The notes beneath the pieces are model-generated. The model had not been told where the DNA came from. It saw nothing but the letters and a program-made list of their open reading frames with translations, and ran no database searches. Below, piece by piece: positions 1-14,500 of a DNA stretch of 64,000 nt. The stretch is from Balanoglossus misakiensis (Eukaryota > Animalia > Hemichordata). Location: positions 878,901 through 942,900 of the forward strand of contig CM082593.2 in assembly GCA_040954595.2 (NCBI GenBank), in the 5' to 3' direction. The position numbers and the translations under genes are program-made. Each line of letters begins with the position of its first letter. Within the stretch, counting starts at the first letter, position 1.

Positions 1-3000
1 TAAAATTAGCCGATTTTTGAAAAAACTATGGTTTAGCACTGGAAAATCATCAAAAAATGAGAAGTTTCAATTTCCGATTTCATTGAGAATACACATCTCG
101 TGAGAGTCAAAATTAGGCCGATTTTTGAAAAAACCATGGGTTATAGCTCAGGAAAATCATCAAAAAATGAGAATTTTTCGATTTTGCGGAATGTCAAAAT
201 TAGGCCGATTTTTGAAAAAACCATGGGTTATAGCTCAGGAAAATCATCAAAAAATGAGAATTTTTCGACTTTGCGGAATTTCAAAATTTGGCCGATTTTT
301 GAAAAAACCATGGGTTATAGCTCAGGAAAATCATCAAAAAATGAGAATTTTTCGACTTTGCGGAATTTCAAAATTTGGCCGATTTTTGAAAAAAACCATG
401 GGTTATAGCTCAGGAAAATCATCAAAAAATGAGAATTTTTCGACTTTGCGGAATTTCAAAATTTGGCCGATTTTTGAAAAAACCATGGGTTATAGCTCAG
501 GAAAATCCTCAAAAAATGAGAATTTTTCGACTTTGCGGAATTTCAAAATTTGGCCGATTTTTGAAAAAACCATGGGTTATAGCTCAGGAAAATCCTCAAA
601 AAATGAGAATTTTTCGACTTTGCGGAATTTCAAAATTTGGCCGATTTTTGAAAAAACCATGGGTTATAGCTCAGGAAAATCCTCAAAAAATGAGAATTTT
701 TCGACTTTGCGGAATTTCAAAATTTGGCCGATTTTTGAAAAAACCATGGGTTATAGCTCAGGAAAATCATCAAAAAATGAGAATTTTTCGACTTTGCGGA
801 ATTTCAAAATTTGGCCGATTTTTGAAAAAACCATGGGTTATAGCTCAGGAAAATCATCAAAAAATGAGAATTTTTCGACTTTGCGGAATTTCAAAATTTG
901 GCCGATTTTTGAAAAAACCATGGGTTATAGCTCAGGAAAATCATCAAAAAATGAGAATTTTTCGACTTTGCGGAATTTCAAAATTTGGCCGATTTTTGAA
1001 AAAACCATGGGTTATAGCTCAGGAAAATCATCAAAAAATGAGAATTTTTCGACTTTGCGGAATTTCAAAATTTGGCCGATTTTTGAAAAAACCATGGGTT
1101 ATAGCTCAGGAAAATCATCAAAAAATGAGAATTTTTCGACTTTGCGGAATTTCAAAATTTGGCCGATTTTTGAAAAAACCATGGGTTATAGCTCAGGAAA
1201 ATCATCAAAAAATGAGAATTTTTCGACTTTGCGGAATTTCAAAATTTGGCCGATTTTTGAAAAAACCATGGGTTATAGCTCAGGAAAATCATCAAAAAAT
1301 GAGAATTTTTCGACTTTGCGGAATTTCAAAATTTGGCCGATTTTTGAAAAAACCATGGGTTATAGCTCAGGAAAATCATCAAAAAATGGGAATTTTTCGA
1401 CTTTGCGGAATTTCAAAATTTGGCCGATTTTTGAAAAAACCATGGGTTATAGCTCAGGAAAATCATCAAAAAATGAGAATTTTTCGACTTTGCGGAATTT
1501 CAAAATTTGGCCGATTTTTGAAAAAACCATGGGTTATAGCTCAGGAAAATCATCAAAAAATGAGAATTTTTCGACTTTGCGGAATTTCAAAATTTGGCCG
1601 ATTTTTGAAAAAACCATGGGTTATAGCTCAGGAAAATCATCAAAAAATGAGAATTTTTCGACTTTGCGGAATTTCAAAATTTGGCCGATTTTTGAAAAAA
1701 CCATGGGTTATAGCTCAGGAAAATCATCAAAAAATGAGAATTTTTCGACTTTGCGGAATTTCAAAATTTGGCCGATTTTTGAAAAAACCATGGGTTATAG
1801 CTCAGGAAAATCATCAAAAAATGAGAATTTTTCGACTTTGCGGAATTTCAAAATTTGGCCGATTTTTGAAAAAACCATGGGTTATAGCTCAGGAAAATCA
1901 TCAAAAAATGGGAATTTTTCGACTTTGCGGAATTTCAAAATTTGGCCGATTTTTGAAAAAACCATGGGTTATAGCTCAGGAAAATCATCAAAAAATGGGA
2001 ATTTTTCGACTTTGCGGAATTTCAAAATTTGGCCGATTTTTGAAAAAACCATGGGTTATAGCTCAGGAAAATCATCAAAAAATGGGAATTTTTCGACTTT
2101 GCGGAATTTCAAAATTTGGCCGATTTTTGAAAAAACCATGGGTTATAGCTCAGGAAAATCATCAAAAAATGAGAATTTTTCGACTTTGCGGAATTTCAAA
2201 ATTTGGCCGATTTTTGAAAAAACCATGGGTTATAGCTCAGGAAAATCATCAAAAAATGAGAATTTTTCGACTTTGCGGAATTTCAAAATTTGGCCGATTT
2301 TTGAAAAAACCATGGGTTATAGCTCAGGAAAATCATCAAAAAATGAGAATTTTTCGACTTTGCGGAATTTCAAAATTTGGCCGATTTTTGAAAAAACCAT
2401 GGGTTATAGCTCAGGAAAATCATCAAAAAATGAGAATTTTTCGACTTTGCGGAATTTCAAAATTTGGCCGATTTTTGAAAAAACCATGGGTTATAGCTCA
2501 GGAAAATCATCAAAAAATGAGAATTTTTCGACTTTGCGGAATTTCAAAATTTGGCCGATTTTTGAAAAAACCATGGGTTATAGCTCAGGAAAATCATCAA
2601 AAAATGAGAATTTTTCGACTTTGCGGAATTTCAAAATTTGGCCGATTTTTGAAAAAACCATGGGTTATAGCTCAGGAAAATCATCAAAAAATGAGAATTT
2701 TTCGACTTTGCGGAATTTCAAAATTTGGCCGATTTTTGAAAAAACCATGGGTTATAGCTCAGGAAAATCATCAAAAAATGAGAATTTTTCGACTTTGCGG
2801 AATTTCAAAATTTGGCCGATTTTTGAAAAAAACCATGGGTTATAGCTCAGGAAAATCATCAAAAAATGAGAATTTTTCGACTTTGCGGAATTTCAAAATT
2901 TGGCCGATTTTTGAAAAAACCATGGGTTATAGCTCAGGAAAATCATCAAAAAATGAGAATTTTTCGACTTTGCGGAATTTCAAAATTTGGCCGATTTTTG

Positions 3001-6000
3001 AAAAAACCATGGGTTATAGCTCAGGAAAATCATCAAAAAATGAGAATTTTTCGACTTTGCGGAATTTCAAAATTTGGCCGATTTTTGAAAAAACCATGGG
3101 TTATAGCTCAGGAAAATCATCAAAAAATGAGAATTTTTCGACTTTGCGGAATTTCAAAATTTGGCCGATTTTTGAAAAAACCATGGGTTATAGCTCAGGA
3201 AAATCATCAAAAAATGAGAATTTTTCGACTTTGCGGAATTTCAAAATTTGGCCGATTTTTGAAAAAACCATGGGTTATAGCTCAGGAAAATCATCAAAAA
3301 ATGAGAATTTTTCGACTTTGCGGAATTTCAAAATTTGGCCGATTTTTGAAAAAAACCATGGGTTATAGCTCAGGAAAATCATCAAAAAATGAGAATTTTT
3401 CGACTTTGCGGAATTTCAAAATTTGGCCGATTTTTGAAAAAAACCATGGGTTATAGCTCAGGAAAATCATCAAAAAATGAGAATTTTTCGACTTTGCGGA
3501 ATTTCAAAATTTGGCCGATTTTTGAAAAAAACCATGGGTTATAGCTCAGGAAAATCATCAAAAAATGAGAATTTTTCGACTTTGCGGAATTTCAAAATTT
3601 GGCCGATTTTTGAAAAAACCATGGGTTATAGCTCAGGAAAATCATCAAAAAATGAGAATTTTTCGACTTTGCGGAATTTCAAAATTTGGCCGATTTTTGA
3701 AAAAACCATGGGTTATAGCTCAGGAAAATCATCAAAAAATGAGAATTTTTCGACTTTGCGGAATTTCAAAATTTGGCCGATTTTTGAAAAAACCATGGGT
3801 TATAGCTCAGGAAAATCATCAAAAAATGAGAATTTTTCGACTTTGCGGAATTTCAAAATTTGGCCGATTTTTGAAAAAACCATGGGTTATAGCTCAGGAA
3901 AATCATCAAAAAATGAGAATTTTTCGACTTTGCGGAATTTCAAAATTTGGCCGATTTTTGAAAAAACCATGGGTTATAGCTCAGGAAAATCATCAAAAAA
4001 TGAGAATTTTTCGACTTTGCGGAATTTCAAAATTTGGCCGATTTTTGAAAAAAACCATGGGTTATAGCTCAGGAAAATCATCAAAAAATGAGAATTTTTC
4101 GACTTTGCGGAATTTCAAAATTTGGCCGATTTTTGAAAAAACCATGGGTTATAGCTCAGGAAAATCATCAAAAAATGAGAATTTTTCGACTTTGCGGAAT
4201 TTCAAAATTTGGCCGATTTTTGAAAAAACCATGGGTTATAGCTCAGGAAAATCATCAAAAAATGAGAATTTTTCGACTTTGCGGAATTTCAAAATTTGGC
4301 CGATTTTTGAAAAAACCATGGGTTATAGCTCAGGAAAATCATCAAAAAATGAGAATTTTTCGACTTTGCGGAATTTCAAAATTTGGCCGATTTTTGAAAA
4401 AACCATGGGTTATAGCTCAGGAAAATCATCAAAAAATGAGAATTTTTCGACTTTGCGGAATTTCAAAATTTGGCCGATTTTTGAAAAAACCATGGGTTAT
4501 AGCTCAGGAAAATCATCAAAAAATGAGAATTTTTCGACTTTGCGGAATTTCAAAATTTGGCCGATTTTTGAAAAAACCATGGGTTATAGCTCAGGAAAAT
4601 CATCAAAAAATGAGAATTTTTCGACTTTGCGGAATTTCAAAATTTGGCCGATTTTTGAAAAAACCATGGGTTATAGCTCAGGAAAATCATCAAAAAATGA
4701 GAATTTTTCGACTTTGCGGAATTTCAAAATTTGGCCGATTTTTGAAAAAACCATGGGTTATAGCTCAGGAAAATCATCAAAAAATGAGAATTTTTCGACT
4801 TTGCGGAATTTCAAAATTTGGCCGATTTTTGAAAAAACCATGGGTTATAGCTCAGGAAAATCATCAAAAAATGAGAATTTTTCGACTTTGCGGAATTTCA
4901 AAATTTGGCCGATTTTTGAAAAAACCATGGGTTATAGCTCAGGAAAATCATCAAAAAATGAGAATTTTTCGACTTTGCGGAATTTCAAAATTTGGCCGAT
5001 TTTTGAAAAAACCATGGGTTATAGCTCAGGAAAATCATCAAAAAATGAGAATTTTTCGACTTTGCGGAATTTCAAAATTTGGCCGATTTTTGAAAAAACC
5101 ATGGGTTATAGCTCAGGAAAATCATCAAAAAATGAGAATTTTTCGACTTTGCGGAATTTCAAAATTTGGCCGATTTTTGAAAAAACCATGGGTTATAGCT
5201 CAGGAAAATCATCAAAAAATGAGAATTTTTCGACTTTGCGGAATTTCAAAATTTGGCCGATTTTTGAAAAAACCATGGGTTATAGCTCAGGAAAATCATC
5301 AAAAAATGAGAATTTTTCGACTTTGCGGAATTTCAAAATTTGGCCGATTTTTGAAAAAACCATGGGTTATAGCTCAGGAAAATCATCAAAAAATGAGAAT
5401 TTTTCGACTTTGCGGAATTTCAAAATTTGGCCGATTTTTGAAAAAACCATGGGTTATAGCTCAGGAAAATCATCAAAAAATGAGAATTTTTCGACTTTGC
5501 GGAATTTCAAAATTTGGCCGATTTTTGAAAGAACCATGGGTTATAGCTCAGGAAAATCATCAAAAAATGAGAATTTTTCGACTTTGCGGAATTTCAAAAT
5601 TTGGCCGATTTTTGAAAAAACCATGGGTTATAGCTCAGGAAAATCATCAAAAAATGAGAATTTTTCGACTTTGCGGAATTTCAAAATTTGGCCGATTTTT
5701 GAAAAAACCATGGGTTATAGCTCAGGAAAATCATCAAAAAATGAGAATTTTTCGACTTTGCGGAATTTCAAAATTTGGCCGATTTTTGAAAGAACCATGG
5801 GTTATAGCTCAGGAAAATCATCAAAAAATGAGAATTTTTCGACTTTGCGGAATTTCAAAATTTGGCCGATTTTTGAAAGAACCATGGGTTATAGCTCAGG
5901 AAAATCATCAAAAAATGAGAATTTTTCGACTTTGCGGAATTTCAAAATTTGGCCGATTTTTGAAAAAACCATGGGTTATAGCTCAGGAAAATCATCAAAA

Positions 6001-9000
6001 AATGAGAATTTTTCGACTTTGCGGAATTTCAAAATTTGGCCGATTTTTGAAAAAACCATGGGTTATAGCTCAGGAAAATCATCAAAAAATGAGAATTTTT
6101 CGACTTTGCGGAATTTCAAAATTTGGCCGATTTTTGAAAAAACCATGGGTTATAGCTCAGGAAAATCATCAAAAAATGAGAATTTTTCGACTTTGCGGAA
6201 TTTCAAAATTTGGCCGATTTTTGAAAGAACCATGGGTTATAGCTCAGGAAAATCATCAAAAAATGAGAATTTTTCGACTTTGCGGAATTTCAAAATTTGG
6301 CCGATTTTTGAAAAAACCATGGGTTATAGCTCAGGAAAATCATCAAAAAATGAGAATTTTTCGACTTTGCGGAATTTCAAAATTTGGCCGATTTTTGAAA
6401 AAACCATGGGTTATAGCTCAGGAAAATCATCAAAAAATGAGAATTTTTCGACTTTGCGGAATTTCAAAATTTGGCCGATTTTTGAAAAAACCATGGGTTA
6501 TAGCTCAGGAAAATCATCAAAAAATGAGAATTTTTCGACTTTGCGGAATTTCAAAATTTGGCCGATTTTTGAAAAAACCATGGGTTATAGCTCAGGAAAA
6601 TCATCAAAAAATGAGAATTTTTCGACTTTGCGGAATTTCAAAATTTGGCCGATTTTTGAAAAAACCATGGGTTATAGCTCAGGAAAATCATCAAAAAATG
6701 AGAATTTTTCGACTTTGCGGAATTTCAAAATTTGGCCGATTTTTGAAAAAACCATGGGTTATAGCTCAGGAAAATCATCAAAAAATGAGAATTTTTCGAC
6801 TTTGCGGAATTTCAAAATTTGGCCGATTTTTGAAAAAACCATGGGTTATAGCTCAGGAAAATCATCAAAAAATGAGAATTTTTCGACTTTGCGGAATTTC
6901 AAAATTTGGCCGATTTTTGAAAAAACCATGGGTTATAGCTCAGGAAAATCATCAAAAAATGAGAATTTTTCGACTTTGCGGAATTTCAAAATTTGGCCGA
7001 TTTTTGAAAAAACCATGGGTTATAGCTCAGGAAAATCATCAAAAAATGAGAATTTTTCGACTTTGCGGAATTTCAAAATGTGGCCGATTTTTGAAAAAAC
7101 CATGGGTTATAGCTCAGGAAAATCATCAAAAAATGAGAATTTTTCGACTTTGCGGAATTTCAAAATTTGGCCGATTTTTGAAAAAACCATGGGTTATAGC
7201 TCAGGAAAATCATCAAAAAATGAGAATTTTTCGACTTTGCGGAATTTCAAAATTTGGCCGATTTTTGAAAAAACCATGGGTTATAGCTCAGGAAAATCAT
7301 CAAAAAATGAGAATTTTTCGACTTTGCGGAATTTCAAAATTTGGCCGATTTTTGAAAAAACCATGGGTTATAGCTCAGGAAAATCATCAAAAAATGAGAA
7401 TTTTTCGACTTTGCGGAATTTCAAAATTTGGCCGATTTTTGAAAAAACCATGGGTTATAGCTCAGGAAAATCATCAAAAAATGAGAATTTTTCGACTTTG
7501 CGGAATTTCAAAATTTGGCCGATTTTTGAAAAAACCATGGGTTATAGCTCAGGAAAATCATCAAAAAATGAGAATTTTTCGACTTTGCGGAATTTCAAAA
7601 TTTGGCCGATTTTTGAAAAAACCATGGGTTATAGCTCAGGAAAATCATCAAAAAATGAGAATTTTTCGACTTTGCGGAATTTCAAAATTTGGCCGATTTT
7701 TGAAAAAACCATGGGTTATAGCTCAGGAAAATCATCAAAAAATGAGAATTTTTCGACTTTGCGGAATTTCAAAATTTGGCCGATTTTTGAAAAAACCATG
7801 GGTTATAGCTCAGGAAAATCATCAAAAAATGAGAATTTTTCGACTTTGCGGAATTTCAAAATTTGGCCGATTTTTGAAAAAACCATGGGTTATAGCTCAG
7901 GAAAATCATCAAAAAATGAGAATTTTTCGACTTTGCGGAATTTCAAAATTTGGCCGATTTTTGAAAAAACCATGGGTTATAGCTCAGGAAAATCATCAAA
8001 AAATGAGAATTTTTCGACTTTGCGGAATTTCAAAATTTGGCCGATTTTTGAAAAAACCATGGGTTATAGCTCAGGAAAATCATCAAAAAATGAGAATTTT
8101 TCGACTTTGCGGAATTTCAAAATTTGGCCGATTTTTGAAAAAACCATGGGTTATAGCTCAGGAAAATCATCAAAAAATGAGAATTTTTCGACTTTGCGGA
8201 ATTTCAAAATTTGGCCGATTTTTGAAAAAACCATGGGTTATAGCTCAGGAAAATCATCAAAAAATGAGAATTTTTCGACTTTGCGGAATTTCAAAATTTG
8301 GCCGATTTTTGAAAAAACCATGGGTTATAGCTCAGGAAAATCATCAAAAAATGAGAATTTTTCGACTTTGCGGAATTTCAAAATTTGGCCGATTTTTGAA
8401 AAAACCATGGGTTATAGCTCAGGAAAATCATCAAAAAATGAGAATTTTTCGACTTTGCGGAATTTCAAAATTTGGCCGATTTTTGAAAAAACCATGGGTT
8501 ATAGCTCAGGAAAATCATCAAAAAATGAGAATTTTTCGACTTTGCGGAATTTCAAAATTTGGCCGATTTTTGAAAAAACCATGGGTTATAGCTCAGGAAA
8601 ATCATCAAAAAATGAGAATTTTTCGACTTTGCGGAATTTCAAAATTTGGCCGATTTTTGAAAAAACCATGGGTTATAGCTCAGGAAAATCATCAAAAAAT
8701 GAGAATTTTTCGACTTTGCGGAATTTCAAAATTTGGCCGATTTTTGAAAAAACCATGGGTTATAGCTCAGGAAAATCATCAAAAAATGAGAATTTTTCGA
8801 CTTTGCGGAATTTCAAAATTTGGCCGATTTTTGAAAAAACCATGGGTTATAGCTCAGGAAAATCATCAAAAAATGAGAATTTTTCGACTTTGCGGAATTT
8901 CAAAATTTGGCCGATTTTTGAAAAAACCATGGGTTATAGCTCAGGAAAATCATCAAAAAATGAGAATTTTTCGACTTTGCGGAATTTCAAAATTTGGCCG

Positions 9001-9290
9001 ATTTTTGAAAAAACCATGGGTTATAGCTCAGGAAAATCATCAAAAAATGAGAATTTTTCGACTTTGCGGAATTTCAAAATTTGGCCGATTTTTGAAAAAA
9101 CCATGGGTTATAGCTCAGGAAAATCATCAAAAAATGAGAATTTTTCGACTTTGCGGAATTTCAAAATTTGGCCGATTTTTGAAAAAACCATGGGTTATAG
9201 CTCAGGAAAATCATCAAAAAATGAGAATTTTTCGACTTTGCGAATTTTCAAAATTTCTGCATTTTTTGAAAAAAATCATGGGTTATAGCT
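1..9290. repeat. Satellite DNA, 87-bp unit, about 105 copies
   Basis: Unit ccatgggttatagctcaggaaaatcatcaaaaaatgagaatttttcgactttgcggaatttcaaaatttggccgatttttgaaaaaa repeats head-to-tail almost perfectly from ~135 to ~9290. Units at both ends (1-210 and 9240-9290) are diverged. Confidence 0.98.
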
Positions 9291-10034
9291 TATTTATATG
9301 ATCTATGTGTAATGGAGCAAAACCAACCTGTTGATATAAGTGTCGAAAAGTGTCCAAACATGAGAATAAAATCACAGCAATACAAAATATTCTTCCATGG
9401 AATATAATATTAGCTATTTATTTCGTATTGTACAAAAAGAAAAGTCAGTCCAACTACACTATCAAAGCTTTCAGTTGAAGGTGGGAACACATGGCAAAGT
9501 GTAAAATATAAAATATGCTCGACTGCATTTCTTGTCTTCTGAATGTTCTATTATTAAAAAAAACAATGTTTCTGCAGTACACAGACTGCCTTCTTTAGGG
9601 TATACAAATGAAAAACCAAATAAAAATTTAATTGAATTCAGTTAAAATGGGTACGTGATGGAATGCAATAAGTGTGTAAAAGGTAGATCTTGGCTAAAAT
9701 TTAAGAAAATAAACACTAGCATTAGAATAAAAGGCATCATACGTGACTGTTAATTAAAAAATGAATGGCGATAATAAAATAAGTTGTACATTTCATCGGA
9801 ATAAATACAGTATTCATTGCTTGTGTAGAGTGAGAAGAAAAACAAACTTGATAAATTTGCACCGTATCGAGATATTATATCATCAAGATGTGCATGATTA
9901 GGTTTTAATATCAATTTAATGTATATATTGTCGACTTTTATCCATGTGCAAGTAATTACAGATAAACACATCTATTCAATAATGCATTAATGATAAGTTG
10001 ATCAACACTATCAGTTGGGGATAATAAGGTGACT

Positions 10035-11071
10035 TCAGATGGAGCCAACATCTATTTGCACTTTTTGCAATCGGTCTTCACCATGGCTGTGGACATTAAC
10101 TCTGTAACAGATCCAATGGAATTATGTCAATTAATAATCCGAATTCCACTGACATTTATTTTTGCAATGAGTTGAATACAAGCCATTATGTCAAAGCTGT
10201 GGAGTTTGAACTTATTCATGGTTCACGTCTTCACTATATACCTAGTATTTTAATACAAACAATCCATTCATGAGTTTGCACACTAAATGCTTATACATTG
10301 CTGTTTATTTACTTACCTTTCAGCCAATTGTCTGTTAATCTTCACTGCATCATCTCTGTCAGGACATGGGTAGCTGGCATGTGTTCTTGAGGTGAATGAA
10401 TTTAGAAAAAAGGAGGTACCTCTCTGTGGAGCTGAAACCAAATCTCGACAGGTACTTGAACCGAATTTGAAACGTAAACTTGTGTCGTGGTTTGCAGATA
10501 AACAGTTCTCCCAAAAGTGTTTAAGGTCAGCCTGGAATAAAAATGATAGAACTACTAACAGTTTCAATAGACGGTAGTGGATCTCTTTGTACGGGCTGAG
10601 AACACATGTGCTTTTGTTGATCAACACCTTTGCTTACTGCAAGATCTCGCGAAACTTGGTTAATATGAGAAAAGGTGCAAATTTGAATACAGTTGTAAAT
10701 TTTGTGTTGTAAAACAATGAGTTAATGATCAAGATGCTCTTTGTGAATTCTTTGCTTGACTCGCAAATTTATGTGGAATGGAAGTAGTTTTTTACTTATG
10801 TATTTATTGACTTACCCTGAAAGTTGCATTCAGGAAACCATAGACGATAGGGTTGATGAAGCTGTTTGCCATGGCCAACCAGTGACAGCAAAAGTACAAC
10901 ACAAGTGACAAAGAACTGTCGACATTTAGATTAAACCTCCTCAAGACGTTTAGGATGTACAGTGGTAACCAACAGAACGCGAACAGACTGACTATGATGG
11001 CCATCATTTTCACCACCTGTTGCAAGATAGAAAACATGAACTTTAAAAATTACATACAGATAGAAGGCACA

Positions 11072-11106
<35 letters not shown>

Positions 11107-11532
11107 TTTAGTATCTTGCTATTTGAATACCAACTCCTGACCTTTCGCTTGGAGCGGGAATGTGTCTTGTCTCTGTCATGGTGTGCATTTACCGGAATAC
11201 TTCGTCCCCATAGACGCAGTGCTACCAGTAGATATGTAAATCCCAGAGTGCAAAGTGGAATCAGCCAAGATGATATTTCATAAGCTATACTGGTTCTTTC
11301 CGGCCACTCTTCATCACATGTGAACAACTGCTGTGTCTGGGAGATTGGGTATTCCTCAACCTTTACATAAATCAGTTGAACAATTGCAAGGGACACTGCA
11401 GCTCCCCAAATGAAAACGATAGTGATCTTCGCTGGGCATTTAGACATTTGCTTCTTCACTGGATAAAAAAACGGCAAAGAAACGATCAACGCTGATGGCC
11501 ACTAGGGTGTAGATACTTGTGGTGACAGAAAC
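10035..11532 (-). pseudogene. Disabled neuropeptide GPCR paralog (exons 2-5 only)
   Basis: Exons 11142-11532, 10816-11016, 10317-10531 and probably 10035-10101 match the two intact copies (DRFFAV, CWLP, CHWLAMANSFINPIVYGFLN). Lesions: exon-2 acceptor CAG>CAA, an extra T in the T-run after DRFFAV (+1 frameshift, ~11465-11471), and a ~4-aa deletion in TM5 (IAYEISSWLIPL vs IAYELFIMTVTFVIPL). No TM1-TM3 exon was found upstream. Confidence 0.8.
11075..11103. repeat. (CA)n microsatellite
   Basis: Run of acacac... in an intron of the GPCR pseudogene. Confidence 0.9.
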
Positions 11533-14500
11533 TTGCAAAGTAATGGGAAATCGAGTCATATACCTCAAAATGAACAATTGTGAAGCATGACTGAACAGTA
11601 CTATGTTAGAGACATTTAACCATTAACTCAAACGACATCTGAGAGCACAATTGACCCAAGAGGTCAAAACTTGCTAGCACAATGCTGCCACCTACAAATT
11701 GAAGAGATCACAAAAAAATCAGAATGACACCAGTGTGTGCAAGATTTCTATGGTCACCAATTTAATAGTGGATTTACAATCTCTGCCACAGATGAAGGGA
11801 CTGTGTACTTTGAATGCATGCATTTAGAATACTATCCATATATGCTCATATAAACTGCACTATCCACTTTTCTCACTCCATTAACCTTCGCGCCTGCCTC
11901 TTGCATTTAGCTCTCTATTAGCAGTGGGATTAACGTCGGATTCAGTCCACTGGAAACTGGATATTGTTATAAATTAATGAACATAATTGGCGATAAAGGG
12001 CTAAACATATCACACCTCACTTTGCCTGTCTCTTTACCTTGTACTATGTGTAGCTGCGACTTTAGATAGAGACAGCCAGTGTTACTTTTAGTATTTCCCA
12101 ATATCCTTGCTCTAAACTACTGCAAATCTGTGTCTGTTTTTCACATTCCTGTATTCTGTGAATATGTTATCATGTAACTGTACAGGCCGGTGGCTGAGCA
12201 TCAACTCCTAGTATCTTTGCCGTAAAGTCATATTGAAATAAATTTGAGGAGAATGACAAAAAAATGATTTGTTTTTAATTGAGGATTCTCTGATTTGTCA
12301 AGTGGAAATGAGTACCATAGTTTCAATACAGCACAAAGGAAGCGCGTCCACTGTACATGTATGTCACCACTTGAGGGAACACTAATGATGTCGAGAATAC
12401 AGAGACTCTTGAGTAATATATATCGTGGCAGTTAGTAAGAAAGGCAGCTGTAAGTTCAAGGAGAAAGGTCGGCTGTATACAATTAAATTGGATCCACGGG
12501 GAAGATACATATCCCTGTGTAGTATAGCAGTTTCACCATTCATCCTCGGTTCAAGGGCAGTTACCCCCTGGACATTTTACCCACGTGACACTTGCCCTAA
12601 ACCTACAACTCTAACTAGTGGGTGAGAAATGTGTAGGTGACATATATCCACGAGGTGCAATACTCAATCCTGTACCGCCACTACCTACTGTAATTGTTTC
12701 AAACGCGAACTGAAATAGACAGACACTTAAAACATATCAAAACGAAACAAATCAATGCATTTGTTTACTGTATGTTATACTCCTGTACAGACATTATGAA
12801 TGTCGCCCTGCAATGTCGTATATTATTAATATATAATGCTCTTAGACTGGCAACAGGAAATTTAATTAGATTATCCCAAGTGTTTACGAAGTATAGAGTG
12901 TGTTGTGTGCATCACGACTTTACGTCATCCTTTGCTGTGATTCCGTAGCCCTACGGCATTTCTGTCTGTTCCCTAAAGGCTGTTGCAAATAAGAAAAATT
13001 AGCTGAGCAAAAGTCATTTGAGGAATTTTGCTCACGGTCAACAATTTTCCTCTCGTGTGTGGCCAATTATTGGTGATTTTTTTTTTACTTTTTCTGCCGT
13101 GGATCACAATATTAAACATGTTTCACCGTTGTCACGTCGTTAATACAAAATGTGCTTTTTCCTCCGTGATTGTCCTTCGCACTCAATAAAAATTTTACTG
13201 GCTTTTATTAAAGATGATCTGGCTTTTATGTCGCACGCTGTTAATGTTTATCACTATTCGATAAACTTCTCTCTGAATTTTATATCAATGTACTTTCCAT
13301 GTAAAATTAGATTAAGTTTAAAGATAAAACAGACATTTAGATGGTGCCGCTTGAGTCCTCGGTCGACAATTATTAACCTTTTTTCACGATTCCTCATTTA
13401 ACTCTTAATTCAAACAGCCAAAATAATACATAAGATTAACAAAATGATTAACAATAGTCAGGACTGGATAGTTATACCAAACACATTTCGTTTCCTGCTC
13501 TATCGCAAACGGTGTAAATGCATAATATGTGAATAAAGAACACATGTTTTGTTCAATGCTTGTAAAATACAGCTTTCAGCGTACCCTACATGAATTTCCA
13601 TTAAGCAACGATTGAAAACATGAGTGGTGATTACAAGAAAACTCCATCTTTCCATTTGTCCTTGGAATACATGTAGGTGAATTGTACTTTGCAAGGACAT
13701 AGGCCTACTCGACATACATGTATATGTTTATTTCAGAGTCACGCAAAAGTAGCACGCGTTTCCTGTTTTCATATGGTAAGTCAAGCGATGTGGGCCATTT
13801 ATGGATGATTTGGAGGAACTATTTAGGCGACATCTGTCTGACATTTGCATACTTTCCGATTTAAAGAGCACAAGGTTAGCTAAGACCCGGGGATAAGACA
13901 GTGACGGTTTTAAGGCTGATGGACAATGTTAATGCAGAAGAACATTTATGTTTTCTTAGGATGTTCAGCAAATTAAATTCTTGTGCCATCAATATGGATT
14001 CCTAAGAAAGGTATGTGAAAACGGAAACAAGTGTCCTGCGAACTCAATCCGGTAGTGAATCTTGTAAAGACCTGTTTCCAAGGTTACGATCTAGTGACTT
14101 GAAACCAAACCCGGTGCTGCCTCTATGTGCTTGAACTTTCAGTCTCGATGGACGATAGATATAGTGGAAAGAACGGAAGAGAAAAAATACAACGTTCCCT
14201 AGCCGGGAATCAAACTTGGGCCTTATGGTTGAAAGCCACATATCCTTCGAGTTGCCGTCCAGAATTTCAAGTAGTGACAAATGTATATCAATGAGGAAAT
14301 CAAATATACCTTATCGACCATGGACATTTTAATTGCCGTATTCTGGTTTTCAGTTGTATATTACATTTTTTCTACTTTTTGTAGCAAGAGAAAAGTATAC
14401 GGCCCAAATCTGTCATTATTTTTCCTTACACGGACTCCAACGTTTGTAAAGATAGAAATAACGATTAACTACTCCGAGTTTCCGTATAGAGTTAATGCCT

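Noticed and set aside
135-9290. CRISPR-like array
   Set aside because: There are no unique spacers and no cas genes, and the context is a eukaryotic intron-containing locus.
100-9301. Giant ORFs (up to 1907 aa) of 29-aa repeats in two overlapping frames
   Set aside because: 87 is a multiple of 3, so any stop-free frame of the unit stays open. Units are nucleotide-identical with no synonymous variation, and single-A indels swap frames freely. This is satellite DNA, not a gene.
12420-12685. Possible decayed inverted-repeat element
   Set aside because: The arms are too degenerate to define ends or a target duplication by eye.
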